Shown here one piece after another: positions 49,777 through 59,736 of a DNA stretch of 64,000 nucleotides. How positions within the stretch are numbered: the first letter of the stretch is position 1; each line of letters begins with the position of its first letter. This DNA comes from Synergistales bacterium (GTDB lineage Bacteria > Synergistota > Synergistia > Synergistales > JAFGMB01). The DNA is taken from NCBI GenBank assembly GCA_963666205.1, contig OY762654.1, positions 2,816,001-2,880,000 on the forward strand, given 5' to 3'. Under the pieces are notes generated by a model. The model saw only the letters and a program-made list of their open reading frames with translations, did no database searches and was not told where the DNA came from. The position numbers and the translations under genes were made by a program.

Positions 49777-51699
49777 TTGAGCGGTAAAGAAATCTCTCTT
49801 GTTCTCGGAACGGCTGGCCATATTGATCACGGAAAAACTACTCTTATAAAGGCAATCACCGGGGTAGACTGTGATAGCCTGGTAGAAGAAAAAAAAAGGG
49901 GTATAACAATTGAACTTGGTTTTGCCCCGTTGAGGCTGCCAAGTGAAAAAATTGTAAGCGTAATAGATGTTCCTGGCCATGAAAAGTTTATTAGACAGAT
50001 GGTCGCAGGTGTTTCCGGAATTGATGCCGTCCTTCTGGTTGTTGCAGCTGACGAAGGTGTAATGCCTCAGACCAGGGAACATCTGGATATTCTGGAGCTT
50101 CTTGGTATCCATGATGGTTTTGTTGTTCTTACAAAGGCAGATCTCGTCGATGATGAAATGATAGAAATGGCTACAGAAGACGTAAGTGAACTCCTTCAAG
50201 GTTCCTTTCTCGAAGGAAAGAAGATAATTCCAGTTTCTTCAGTTACACGTAAAAATCTTGATACGGTGATAGATGAAATAGAAAGGCTAGTATCCTCTTC
50301 ACATCCAAGGAGTAGAAAAGGACCATTTTTCATGCCCATAGACAGAGCTTTCCCTGTCGCTGGTTTCGGGACTGTTGTAACAGGTACGGCATATGGGGGT
50401 AAGATCTTCCCGGGAAGAGAAGTTAGCATTTTACCTCTTGAAAAAGATGCAAGAATCAGGAGTGTTCAGGTACATAGTTCCATGGTAGAGGAGGCATGGG
50501 CAGGGCAGAGGGTGGCCATGAGCTTAACGGGAGTATCAGTAGATGATCTCCACCGGGGTGATGTAGTATGTGAAAAAGGGCTTTTTAAGAAAACTAGCTG
50601 TTTTGACACCTATCTTAAAATTCTTCCCTCATCACCGGAACCCCTTACCCACTGGCAGAGGATAAGACTTCATATAGGGACTTCTGATGTCCTGGGGAGG
50701 GTATCCCTTCTGGGTGAAAAGGAAATTCTACCTGGTCAGGTTGGTTTTGCTCAAATAGTTACTGAAGAGGATGTAGTAGCATCTTTTTCAGAACGTTTTA
50801 TCATTCGTTTCTATAGCCCCCTTGTAACAATAGGTGGGGGAGAGGTTCTGTTCCCTTATGGTCGTAAACCGCGTGGACGTACTTCCAGAATTGAATATCT
50901 CAAGATGCTTTCAGATCTCAAAAAAGCTCCACCAAATGAAGGTAAACTGGCGGCTATAGTTCTATCCCGGGAAATGATCCCTGTTTCTGAAGCAAGCATT
51001 CTTATACAGGAATCTGAACAGAATCTTCTTGCTAAGCTGAAGAAAATGGAGAAACAAGGAGATGTCCTGGTTACAGAATCGTCACCAAGGATGATCTTTT
51101 CCAGGAGGGCCATTGAAAAATATTCAAATGAGATTAATGAGATCCTTTCTTCCTTCCATGAGGAGCAACCTTATAGTCCTGGTCTTTTACCACCAAAACT
51201 GGCAGAACTTATAAAATGGAATTATGATATCAAGGCTCTGAAAACTCTTCTTTCATACCTAAGTGAACTTTCAATAGTTTCTTATGAAGATGGGATTGTA
51301 TGCCAGTATGGTTTTACTGCTCAAGATGACAAGTTCTTTGAAGAAAACAGTAAAAAAGTTCTGGATCTATGTATCCATAAGGGTTTTCATTTCCCGACAA
51401 TAGAAGAGATATCACTTGAACTGAACTTGGATAACAAACGTTTTTCCTCTTTCTTTGAAAATCTTAGGAACATGGGAGAGGTAGTTATTCTCCAGGGGAA
51501 TTTTGTCCTGCACAAAGAACTTCAGAGCAGATTTGTAGATCTTTTAAAGGATATAAGACAGGATATTACTATCGCAAGTGTCAGGGATAAAACGGGAAGT
51601 TCCAGAAAGTTCATACTTCCGGTTCTGGAATATCTGGATTCCAGAAAGATAACCCGAAGGGTAGGAGATAAGCGTATTTTACTTCTGAAAAATTTATAA
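49777..51699 (+). CDS. selB: Selenocysteine-specific elongation factor
   Basis: GTAGHIDHGKT, RGITIELGF, DVPGHE, C-terminal SRKFILPVLEYLD...TRRVGDKR; start TTG 49777 or ATG 49768. Confidence 0.96.
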   Translation: MSGKEISLVLGTAGHIDHGKTTLIKAITGVDCDSLVEEKKRGITIELGFAPLRLPSEKIVSVIDVPGHEKFIRQMVAGVSGIDAVLLVVAADEGVMPQTREHLDILELLGIHDGFVVLTKADLVDDEMIEMATEDVSELLQGSFLEGKKIIPVSSVTRKNLDTVIDEIERLVSSSHPRSRKGPFFMPIDRAFPVAGFGTVVTGTAYGGKIFPGREVSILPLEKDARIRSVQVHSSMVEEAWAGQRVAMSLTGVSVDDLHRGDVVCEKGLFKKTSCFDTYLKILPSSPEPLTHWQRIRLHIGTSDVLGRVSLLGEKEILPGQVGFAQIVTEEDVVASFSERFIIRFYSPLVTIGGGEVLFPYGRKPRGRTSRIEYLKMLSDLKKAPPNEGKLAAIVLSREMIPVSEASILIQESEQNLLAKLKKMEKQGDVLVTESSPRMIFSRRAIEKYSNEINEILSSFHEEQPYSPGLLPPKLAELIKWNYDIKALKTLLSYLSELSIVSYEDGIVCQYGFTAQDDKFFEENSKKVLDLCIHKGFHFPTIEEISLELNLDNKRFSSFFENLRNMGEVVILQGNFVLHKELQSRFVDLLKDIRQDITIASVRDKTGSSRKFILPVLEYLDSRKITRRVGDKRILLLKNL

Positions 51700-51720
51700 T
51701 CAATTTCTGCTTAAAGGTAC

Positions 51721-51778
51721 TTGCTTTTTTCTTGACATGTTATTATAATTTGAGATTTCCTTACTATTCTGATATAAT
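51721..51778 (+). promoter_or_regulatory. Tandem sigma70-type promoters upstream of veg
   Basis: TTGCTT-17-TATAAT (51721-51749) and TTGAGA-17-TATAAT with extended TG (51750-51778). Confidence 0.65.
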
Positions 51779-51810
51779 TATTTAAAATGTGTACAGAGGG
51801 GAAATGTCCT

Positions 51811-52056
51811 ATGGCAGCATGTCTGTCTGAAATAAGGAAAAAGGTGGCCCTTTATAAAGGTGCCAGGATCAAGTACCGAACTTCTAAAGGGAGAAGAAAG
51901 GTAGAAGAGAATCAGGGGGTTATCATTGAGACTTACCCTAACATTTTTACCCTCTGGGTTGAATCTCAGAAAAGTAAAATCTCTTTTAGCTATGCAGAAT
52001 TGCTTACCCGTGAAGTGGAACTTGAATTGATGCCTGTGAACAAAAAGTCCGGTTAA
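51811..52056 (+). CDS. veg: Veg family protein
   Basis: GRRK...GVIIETYPNIF, SFSYAELLT; upstream of ispE; start moved to ATG 51811. Confidence 0.9.
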   Translation: MAACLSEIRKKVALYKGARIKYRTSKGRRKVEENQGVIIETYPNIFTLWVESQKSKISFSYAELLTREVELELMPVNKKSG

Positions 52057-52079
52057 TAGTTCTCTTGCTTGATCGCCTT

Positions 52080-52113
52080 ACCCCGGCGCAATGATAATTG
52101 CGCCGGGGTTTTT
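52080..52113 (+). terminator. Terminator after veg
   Basis: ACCCCGGCGCAAT-gata-ATTGCGCCGGGGT plus T run. Confidence 0.88.
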
Positions 52114-52133
52114 CTGTGAATTGGAGAGTAGCC

Positions 52134-53006
52134 ATGTATAACGAAGAATTCAGTCCATGTAAAGTCAATCTTTCCCTTAGGATAACCTCTATCAGAGATG
52201 ATGGATTTCATGATCTGGTATCCCTTTTCTATAAAATTCGCAAAGTCGAAAGGTTGACAATTAACGAAATAACCAGTAATAATGTTAAGGATGACATTAT
52301 CTGTCATAATTTCAATATTCCACAACAGAATATCATTGAAAAAGTCTTGTCTATCCTCAGGGAGGAAGGGTGGAATATCCCTCCACTGGAAATTGAAATA
52401 TTCAAGGAACTTCCCCCTGGGACAGGCCTTGGCGGCGGAAGTGGGAATGCATCCGCTCTTTTGAATTGGTTGGGGAAAAGATATAGCATACATATTCCTC
52501 CCGAAAGATCAAGAAATATTGGTGCCGATGTAGCTTTCCTTAACAGCAGGTACAGTTGCGCTCTCGTCAGTGGAATAGGGGATCAATTTGTTCCAAGATC
52601 GATCATTCCGGGTCTTGTTTTTGTGATTTTTATCCCCAAATGGACTTCAGGGACTATTGAGTCCTACAGGAATATTGATATGTGGTACAAGACACAAGGG
52701 TTTCCCCTTCGAAAACCTGCGGCTGAAGCAGAGGCCGATGCTATAGTTGCCAGACTGAACAAAAGGTTGCGGTGGGGCTGTCTTCCTAACGATTTCCTGC
52801 CAGTACTTATTCATGAATGGCCGGAGTATTTACATCTTTTTGATTCGCTGGATAAGACTGATGCTCTTGCGTGGGGGATAACAGGCAGTGGAAGTGCTTC
52901 TTTTGCAATATTTCAAAATGATAGAGAGAAGATTGAACGGTGCTTGAACGTCTTTAATTCATTTACGTGGCTTAATAGAATCTTTTTATGGAGTGATGAT
53001 CGATGA
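52134..53006 (+). CDS. ispE: 4-diphosphocytidyl-2-C-methyl-D-erythritol kinase
   Basis: PCKVNLSL, RDDGFHDL, PGTGLGGGSGNA, IGADV, NDF, TGSGS; start ATG 52134. Confidence 0.9.
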   Translation: MYNEEFSPCKVNLSLRITSIRDDGFHDLVSLFYKIRKVERLTINEITSNNVKDDIICHNFNIPQQNIIEKVLSILREEGWNIPPLEIEIFKELPPGTGLGGGSGNASALLNWLGKRYSIHIPPERSRNIGADVAFLNSRYSCALVSGIGDQFVPRSIIPGLVFVIFIPKWTSGTIESYRNIDMWYKTQGFPLRKPAAEAEADAIVARLNKRLRWGCLPNDFLPVLIHEWPEYLHLFDSLDKTDALAWGITGSGSASFAIFQNDREKIERCLNVFNSFTWLNRIFLWSDDR

Positions 53007-53800
53007 AAGGACAAAGAACAGAACGTCTTATCCAGACTGCTGCAAGATTTCTCAGTGCTCCTTCCAGGCAACTTTCTTTAACTCAACTTGCGGAAAACTT
53101 TAGTGTTTCGAAGACTGTGATAAGTGATGATGTTTCCATTATCGACAAAGCTCTTGTTCATGAAGGACTTGGCGGTATTCATGTTGACAGGGGGCGAACA
53201 GGAGGAGCATCCTTTACACCTTCTGTCTCAGATGAATATAGGAAAAGTCTGCTTCAGGACATCGTTTCCCAACTTTCGTCTCATGAAAGAGTTCTCCCGG
53301 GAGGATTGATCTATTATAGTGACATCCTCTTTAATCCAGCCTATGCAATGCCCCTGGGCCTGACGATGGCTTCAATGTTCAGAGATACTAAACCGGACAT
53401 AGTTCTTACGACTGAAGTAAAGGGTATACCCATTGCAATTTTCACAGCCCATGCTCTTGGAGTTCCTCTGGCCGTCTGCCGGTTCAGGAACAGGCCGAGT
53501 GATGGGTCTGCAGTTTCAGTCCATTATCCAACCAAAAATGGAGATGTCCGGGCTATGTATCTTGGAACCAAAAAACTAACCAGAGGGAACAGGGTCCTGA
53601 TTATTGATGATTTCATGCGTGGCGGGAGTACTGCTTCAGGAATGCTTCTTGTGGCAAAGGAATTTATGGCAGAAATTGCAGGAATAGGGTTCTTTATGAC
53701 TTCATCAGAGCCTGAAATCAAGGCTATATCAAGATATAAGTCTCTGTTAACCCTTCACGGAGTCAATCAGGAGAATCCTAAAGTTGAGGTTTCTCTCTGA
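53003..53800 (+). CDS. purR: Bacillus-type pur operon repressor (wHTH plus PRT domain)
   Basis: SKTVISDD, GGLIY.SDIL, T.EVKGIP, VLIIDDFMRGGST. Confidence 0.9.
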   Translation: MKGQRTERLIQTAARFLSAPSRQLSLTQLAENFSVSKTVISDDVSIIDKALVHEGLGGIHVDRGRTGGASFTPSVSDEYRKSLLQDIVSQLSSHERVLPGGLIYYSDILFNPAYAMPLGLTMASMFRDTKPDIVLTTEVKGIPIAIFTAHALGVPLAVCRFRNRPSDGSAVSVHYPTKNGDVRAMYLGTKKLTRGNRVLIIDDFMRGGSTASGMLLVAKEFMAEIAGIGFFMTSSEPEIKAISRYKSLLTLHGVNQENPKVEVSL

Positions 53801-53872
53801 TATGTATACATTAAGTTTGACTCTGGCCCGTTCCTGATATAAAATCCTCCCGTAAAGGAGGTGGCCGTTCTC

Positions 53873-54058
53873 GTGCGAGTTACCCTGGATGAAAATGAAT
53901 GTATAGGTTGCGGAGTATGTGCCCAGATATGTCCGGAAGTGTTCCTCCTTGATGAAGATGCTGGCGTATCCAAGGTCATAAGACCCGAAGGTTCTGATTG
54001 CGTGAAAGAAGCTGCAGATAGTTGTCCTGTTTCCTGTATCTATGTTACAGAGGACTAG
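53873..54058 (+). CDS. Single-cluster ferredoxin
   Basis: CIGCGVC...CPEVF...AADSCPVSCI; GTG start after AAGGAGG. Confidence 0.92.
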   Translation: MRVTLDENECIGCGVCAQICPEVFLLDEDAGVSKVIRPEGSDCVKEAADSCPVSCIYVTED

Positions 54059-54160
54059 TGGCGGAACAATTTAAACTTTCTGGAAAAGGGCGGGGGGAAA
54101 ATTTTTTTATTTTAAGGCTTGCATTTTCCCCATGAAGGAGCTTATAATTAGCTTCGCTTT

Positions 54161-54237
54161 GGGCCTATAGCTCAAGTGGCTAGAGCCACCGGCTCATAAC
54201 CGGAAGGTTCCTGGTTCGAGTCCAGGTAGGCCCACCA
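54161..54237 (+). tRNA. tRNA with CAT anticodon, most likely tRNA-Ile2 (lysidine)
   Basis: Cloverleaf with CT-CAT-AA loop. G1-C72 is paired, so not an initiator; C4 and C5 in GGGCCTA fit Ile2/TilS determinants. CCA encoded; promoter TTGCAT-18-TATAAT at 54119-54148. Confidence 0.88.
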
Positions 54238-54248
54238 AAGCCAGAACA

Positions 54249-54279
54249 GCCGCTTCCTGTATTGGAAGCGGTTTTTTTT
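54249..54279 (+). terminator. Terminator after the tRNA
   Basis: GCCGCTTCC-tgtatt-GGAAGCGGT plus T run. Confidence 0.88.
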
Positions 54280-54407
54280 ATATTCCGTGTGCTAGTGAAT
54301 GTGTAGTTTTATCGGTTCCTTTTTCCATCGGTTAGCATTTTCTTATATAAAGTATAATAAACTCATAAAGGGAAATTGTTATATCCTGTAACTGAAAGGA
54401 ATAATCC

Positions 54408-55187
54408 ATGAATATTAGAGCCTTTCTGGATTCGATCAAAGACTTTGCTGATCTTGAGTGGGCCGAGGAATGGGATAATTCAGGTATTATGGTTGGTTCT
54501 CTTTCCTGGGAAGTCTCCAAAATCGGTGTTGCGCTGGATGCCCTCGAGGATACCATGGTAGAAGCAGTCAGGAATAGTTGTGATCTTTTGGTTGTCCATC
54601 ACCCTCTGATCTTTTCTCCATTAATGAAGATAGACATGTCTGATCTTTCTTCAAGACTGGTTTATTACGCTATCGAAAAAAAGCTTGGAGTGATAAGCCT
54701 CCATACCAATTGGGATGTTTCACCAAAAGGGGTCAATGTATGTCTTGCTGAATCCATTTCCATTTCCAGGATGTCTCCCCTGATCCCGAATTCAGACTCT
54801 TCGTGGGGAATGGGGATCTCTGGTTGTCTGGAACCCTATTTACCTATGGACAGTTTTGCAGTGAGAGTTAAAAAAAGATGGAATCTTTCCTGGCTCAGGG
54901 TTTACGGATCTACCAATGAACCTGTCAGGAACGTAGCCCTTTGCGGGGGATCTGGTGGAGAACTCTGGAAAAAGGCTTTTGAAAAGGGTGCTGATACGTA
55001 TATTACAGCTGATATGAAATATCATCAGATCCTTGAAGCATGTTCCATGGGTATGAGGGTCATGTTAGTAGACCACGGCGAAATGGAGAAAGTATCCATC
55101 CCTGCTCTTGCAGATCTCATTTCAGAAAATACGGGTTTTCCCGTGAAACTACTTGATTCTGCTGGTCCAGAATGCAGAATTATCTGA
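54408..55187 (+). CDS. Nif3-like dinuclear metal protein (DUF34)
   Basis: WDNSG, VHHPLIF, HTNWD, CGGSG, TADMKYH, DHGEME. Confidence 0.92.
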   Translation: MNIRAFLDSIKDFADLEWAEEWDNSGIMVGSLSWEVSKIGVALDALEDTMVEAVRNSCDLLVVHHPLIFSPLMKIDMSDLSSRLVYYAIEKKLGVISLHTNWDVSPKGVNVCLAESISISRMSPLIPNSDSSWGMGISGCLEPYLPMDSFAVRVKKRWNLSWLRVYGSTNEPVRNVALCGGSGGELWKKAFEKGADTYITADMKYHQILEACSMGMRVMLVDHGEMEKVSIPALADLISENTGFPVKLLDSAGPECRII

Positions 55188-55274
55188 TTAATTATCTTTA
55201 AGGTATTTACATATACGAATCCTGATTGTCTAATCGTAGTTTTTACCATCAATCTTTTTATGGGGTGATTTTTA

Positions 55275-56270
55275 ATGAAAAAAAGAGTTTTCAGCGGAAT
55301 GCGTCCTACAGGTAAACTTCATCTCGGCCATCTGGCAGGTGCTCTTACTAACTGGATCAAACTTCAGGATGACTATGAATGCGTCTATGGAATAGTTGAT
55401 TGGCATGCCCTGATGTCTGATTATGCAGATAGTAGCAAGATAAGGGGAAATTGCAGGGAGGTCCTGCTTGACTGGCTTTCTTCCGGTCTGGATCCTGATA
55501 AGAGTATAATATGTGTTCAATCCCATGTGCCTCAGCATGCTGAACTTCATCTGGCGCTTTCGATGATCACTCCCCTTGGATGGCTTCAGCGATGTCCTAC
55601 ATATAAGGAACAGATAATCAATATACAAAACAAGGATCTGAGTAATTATGCCTTTCTTGGTTATCCGGTACTTATGGCTGCAGACATTCTTCTGTATAAA
55701 TCACATTTGGTACCGGTAGGAGAGGATCAGTCGGCACACCTTGAAATCTCAAGAGAGATAGTCCGGAGATTTAATAATTTTTACGGAGAAATCCTTGTAG
55801 AGCCACAGATATTACTTACCCCCACTCCCAAAGTACCAGGAACAGACGGTAGGAAAATGAGCAAGTCCTACGGAAATGCAATAGATATTTCAGATTCTCC
55901 TGAAGCTATGTGGGAAAAACTAAGAACCATGATGACGGATCCGGCAAGGGAAAAAAGGAAAGATCCGGGCACTCCAGAGAAATGCCCAGTCTGGGATATA
56001 CATAAGGTCTTTAATAATGATGAAGATCAGAAAGCTGAAATTCATGAAGGTTGCCTGAATGCTGGTATAGGCTGTGTAGAGTGCAAAAAAAGACTTAGAG
56101 AGCATGTCGAGAGAGTCATGGCTCCTATAAGGGAGAGAAGAGCATATTACGAGAAAGATGAAGACCTTCTTACTGATATTCTGATCGAAGGGGCCAGTAA
56201 AGCTAAAATAATTGCCCAGGAAACAATTGATCAGGTAGTGACGGCGATAGGATTTGTCCCAAGAGGCTAG
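55275..56270 (+). CDS. trpS: Tryptophan--tRNA ligase
   Basis: SGMRPTGKLHLGH, YPVLMAADIL, VPVGEDQ, KMSKS. Confidence 0.97.
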   Translation: MKKRVFSGMRPTGKLHLGHLAGALTNWIKLQDDYECVYGIVDWHALMSDYADSSKIRGNCREVLLDWLSSGLDPDKSIICVQSHVPQHAELHLALSMITPLGWLQRCPTYKEQIINIQNKDLSNYAFLGYPVLMAADILLYKSHLVPVGEDQSAHLEISREIVRRFNNFYGEILVEPQILLTPTPKVPGTDGRKMSKSYGNAIDISDSPEAMWEKLRTMMTDPAREKRKDPGTPEKCPVWDIHKVFNNDEDQKAEIHEGCLNAGIGCVECKKRLREHVERVMAPIRERRAYYEKDEDLLTDILIEGASKAKIIAQETIDQVVTAIGFVPRG

Positions 56271-57051
56271 AACTGTCAGTACTATAAAACGTTTATCAGA
56301 GCTGGAGGTTTCTGTTGAGGGCTTTTCGGGTCCTCTGGATCTTCTGTGCTGTCTTGTGGAAAATAGAGAAGTCGAGATATCTTTAATCAAGATCAGTGAG
56401 ATCGTAGGCATTTATGGGGCCTTTCTTTCAGGTTCTGGAAGGGCTCCTCTGAATGTGATCGCAGACTTTATTTCCGCAACAGCAGGGCTTATCCTTGAAA
56501 AGGTTCTGTCTCTACTTCCTGGATATTTTCAGGAATCTCCAGAAAAACAGACAGAAAGGGAAATATCAGAGGAAGAACTTCGTGTGATCCTGGAAAGATA
56601 TCTTCCCTATCGTAATGCTGCCAGGCATCTACTTGTTTTGAAATCGGAACGGGATCTGCTTTTTTCCCCAGAGCATGAAGAAGAAAGCCCTCTTTATACT
56701 CTGGGGGATCTTTTCAGCTTATCTTCACTCTGGTGGGAACTTCTTGAAAAAAAGGTAGTAAAGTCCAAGATAAATACAGGTAAAAGATCTCTTCATCTTG
56801 AAGGAATGCCAGTACCCGTTCCGGATGAAAAACAGGTTGAAACCAGAATATCGGAATTGATGGTTCTGATGGAACGTGTAAAAGATGTTAACTTGCGTAG
56901 AGTTATGGGTTCTCAATCCGATATTCCCAGATTTGTGGTCACCCTTCTGGCTCTCCTGGAGTTATCCAGATTAGGCAAGATATCACTACAACAGGAGGAA
57001 ATGTTTGGAGATGTCAGGATCATCTGCTGTGAAAAACTTGACAGAAATTGA
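56254..57051 (+). CDS. scpA: Segregation and condensation protein A
   Basis: FSGPLDLL, TLLALLEL...Q.EMFG. Confidence 0.9.
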   Translation: MSQEARTVSTIKRLSELEVSVEGFSGPLDLLCCLVENREVEISLIKISEIVGIYGAFLSGSGRAPLNVIADFISATAGLILEKVLSLLPGYFQESPEKQTEREISEEELRVILERYLPYRNAARHLLVLKSERDLLFSPEHEEESPLYTLGDLFSLSSLWWELLEKKVVKSKINTGKRSLHLEGMPVPVPDEKQVETRISELMVLMERVKDVNLRRVMGSQSDIPRFVVTLLALLELSRLGKISLQQEEMFGDVRIICCEKLDRN

Positions 57052-57586
57052 AATGAAGATAGAGGCTATCCTTTTTGTTGCTTCTCAACCTGTGACGATT
57101 AAAGAGTTTAATGAAGTTCTTTCCTCGAAAAACAGGGAAATCGTACAGGCTCTGCAGAACCTTCAGGTTCATTATGATAGTGGACATGGTTTGTCTTTAA
57201 AAAAGATCAGTGGTGGATGGAAGCTCTTTACAGATCCCTCTCTTAATGAGATTTTATCAATATTCAGAGATACTTCAGAAAGACAGCATGTTCGCCTTTC
57301 AAAGGCTGCAATAGAGAGCCTGGCTGTTATTGCATATAATGAACCCGTTACACGCTCTGAAATCGAAGAGATAAGAGGAGTAAGGTGTGAGAGGGTCATA
57401 GAAACACTTCTTTCCCACGGATTGATAAGAATAGCTGGGAGAGGTAAAGGTACCGGTTCTCCTCTTTTGTACAGAACAACTCCAGATTTTCTTGATATCT
57501 TCGGGCTGGATTCCATTTCTGAACTTCCTACTCTTGACGAACTCAAAGATTTATCTGCAGAATTCTCTTTGACTGGAGTCGAGTGA
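57005..57586 (+). CDS. scpB: Segregation and condensation protein B
   Basis: IEAILF, LSKAAIESLAVIAY.EPVTR.EIEEIRGV, LYRTT..FL..FGL. Confidence 0.95.
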   Translation: MEMSGSSAVKNLTEIEMKIEAILFVASQPVTIKEFNEVLSSKNREIVQALQNLQVHYDSGHGLSLKKISGGWKLFTDPSLNEILSIFRDTSERQHVRLSKAAIESLAVIAYNEPVTRSEIEEIRGVRCERVIETLLSHGLIRIAGRGKGTGSPLLYRTTPDFLDIFGLDSISELPTLDELKDLSAEFSLTGVE

Positions 57587-58350
57587 GACTCATGCGGGTT
57601 TCGGATAGTAAGAATGGGAGATTAGAAGAGGATATAAGGTTGAATCGTTACCTGGCCATGTGCGGTCTGGGTTCCCGCAGAGAAGTGGAATCTCTTATTA
57701 TTGCCGGAAGAATAACAATCGATGGAGATCCGGTCATTGCCCTTTCTACCAGAGTCAAAACAGGTAGTGAAGTGATGCTTGACGGAAAAATAATCTTTCC
57801 GGAGTCCAATTTATACCTTTTAATGAATAAACCCCTGGGAGTAGTTTGTGCAGTAAAGGATAAATATTATATTACAATAACGGGAATACTTCCTGAGATA
57901 TACCAGAAGAAACATGTCTTTCCCGTAGGAAGACTTGACAGAATGACATCTGGTCTGATAATCCTTACAAACGATGGAGACTTTGCCCAGAAGGTAATTC
58001 ACCCAAGGGCCGGAATCGAAAAGATGTATGAGGTACTCCTGAGCAGAAAACTTTCTGATGAAGACCTTTCTAAATGGAGAAAAGGAGTCCGTATCGATAA
58101 CAAACACCTTGTACCGGTTTCAGTCATTCCTATTTCAAGAGAGCCTTATGGTCAATGGGTAAGGGTTACCCTTAGCGAAGGTGTTAAGAGAGAGATCCGG
58201 GTAATGGCCCAGCTCCTTGGATATTCAGTGAGTAAACTTTCCAGAAAAAGAATAGGGAAAATGGAATTAACGGACCTTCCCCCTGGTAGTGTGAAAGCAT
58301 TAACCAAGGAGAAGATATGGGAGATGATAACCAGGGGCGGTAAGATCTGA
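57583..58350 (+). CDS. rluB: RsuA/RluB-family pseudouridine synthase
   Basis: S4 domain RLNRYLA..GLGSRR, NKP.G, PVGRLD..TSGL, EG.KREIR. Confidence 0.88.
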   Translation: MRLMRVSDSKNGRLEEDIRLNRYLAMCGLGSRREVESLIIAGRITIDGDPVIALSTRVKTGSEVMLDGKIIFPESNLYLLMNKPLGVVCAVKDKYYITITGILPEIYQKKHVFPVGRLDRMTSGLIILTNDGDFAQKVIHPRAGIEKMYEVLLSRKLSDEDLSKWRKGVRIDNKHLVPVSVIPISREPYGQWVRVTLSEGVKREIRVMAQLLGYSVSKLSRKRIGKMELTDLPPGSVKALTKEKIWEMITRGGKI

Positions 58351-58400
58351 GGAATGATTATTGAATCCTTGCATTAAAAAATCTTGTGGAGGCAGTATTA

Positions 58401-59075
58401 ATGATAGAGAGAATGATTATTGCAATTGATGGTCCATCCGGTTCTGGAAAAAGTACCATAGCAAAGCTTGTGGCGAAGAAACTAGGACTTCGCTACCTGG
58501 ACACAGGTGCAATATACAGGGCAGTAGCATTTATCCTTGATGAGTCGGGCATTGAACCAAAGGAAGGTCCTGACCTTGAAAATGAGCTAGACAGAATCAA
58601 CGTAAATCTGAAGGATGCTTCTGTCGTAGTGAATGGAAGGGATGTTTCAGATAAAATCCGAAATCCTCATATAAGTGCTATGGCTTCCCTTTTTTCCGCC
58701 CTGCCGGCAGTCAGGCAAAGGCTGCTTCATATCCAGCGGGCACAGGTTGATTCCGGAGGTATTGTTGCTGAGGGACGAGACATGGGTACTGTCGTTTTTC
58801 CGGAGGCCAGGGTCAAGATTTTTTTGACAGCCAATGAAGAGGTACGAGCTTATAGAAGATGGTTAGAACTGAATAGAAAAGGAATTAATGTAGAGAGATC
58901 TGAGATCCTTTCAAATATCCGTCTCAGAGATCAAAATGATTCCAGCAGGAGGATCGCTCCTCTGATCAAGGCAGATGATGCGGTTCTGATTGACACATCA
59001 GATCTTAGCATTGAAGATATAGTTGAAAGGATACTTGATCTAATTAAAGAGCGTGTGACATTGGACGATCGCTAG
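58401..59075 (+). CDS. cmk: Cytidylate kinase
   Basis: IAIDGPSGSGKST, LDTGAIYR, EGRDMGTVVFP, RD..D..R..APL. Confidence 0.96.
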   Translation: MIERMIIAIDGPSGSGKSTIAKLVAKKLGLRYLDTGAIYRAVAFILDESGIEPKEGPDLENELDRINVNLKDASVVVNGRDVSDKIRNPHISAMASLFSALPAVRQRLLHIQRAQVDSGGIVAEGRDMGTVVFPEARVKIFLTANEEVRAYRRWLELNRKGINVERSEILSNIRLRDQNDSSRRIAPLIKADDAVLIDTSDLSIEDIVERILDLIKERVTLDDR

Positions 59076-59082
59076 AGAGAGG

Positions 59083-59736
59083 TTGATCGTGAAAAAGATT
59101 TTTTATGTCTTTACAAAAATGTTTTTTTTCATCTGTCTCAAGGTCTATAATCGTTTTAAGGTAATCGATATTACAAAGATTCCTCATAATGGCAGAGTAA
59201 TAGTTGTAGCCAATCATTGCAGTAATCTTGATCCTATAGCTGTTGGAGTAGCTTTCCCAGGCAGGCTTAGTTATCTTGCGAAGGCAGAGCTTTTTAAAAA
59301 CCCCATCCTTTCCTTCTTCATGAAAGCTATTGGAGCTATTCCTGTAAGCAAGGAAAGTAATCAGTCTGCAGGGGCTGCACTAAAAGCTTTCCTGGATATT
59401 CTGGAATCCGGATCAAGTGTTCTCCTTTTTCCTGAAGGAGCACGATCTTTTAACGGTAGGCTCCAGCCCCTCGAGGGTGGAGCTGCTCTAATAGCCCTGA
59501 AAAGCAAAGTCCCTGTCCTTCCGGTATATATTTCTGGAACACATGAGGCTATGCCAAGAGGGTCTTCCAAGATCAGACCAGTAACAATATCAGTTATTTT
59601 TGGTGATGTCATAGATCCTGAAGACGTATCTGAGGGGTTCTCTTCAAAGGAATCCAGAAAACTGATGATCCGCAAGATAGAAGAATCTCTTCTTTCACTG
59701 GAAAGCAAATATGGGAAGAAGCTTGATTCAGATTGA
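59083..59736 (+). CDS. plsC: 1-acyl-sn-glycerol-3-phosphate acyltransferase
   Basis: NHCSNLD (HX4D), AKAELF, FPEGARS. Confidence 0.92.
   Translation: MIVKKIFYVFTKMFFFICLKVYNRFKVIDITKIPHNGRVIVVANHCSNLDPIAVGVAFPGRLSYLAKAELFKNPILSFFMKAIGAIPVSKESNQSAGAALKAFLDILESGSSVLLFPEGARSFNGRLQPLEGGAALIALKSKVPVLPVYISGTHEAMPRGSSKIRPVTISVIFGDVIDPEDVSEGFSSKESRKLMIRKIEESLLSLESKYGKKLDSD

Noticed and set aside
49889-49897. A9 run in selB as a frameshift site
   Set aside because: It encodes the conserved EEKKRG motif in frame.
54161-54400. Integrated element at the tRNA genes
   Set aside because: No integrase, no duplicated tRNA 3' end, and housekeeping genes on both sides.
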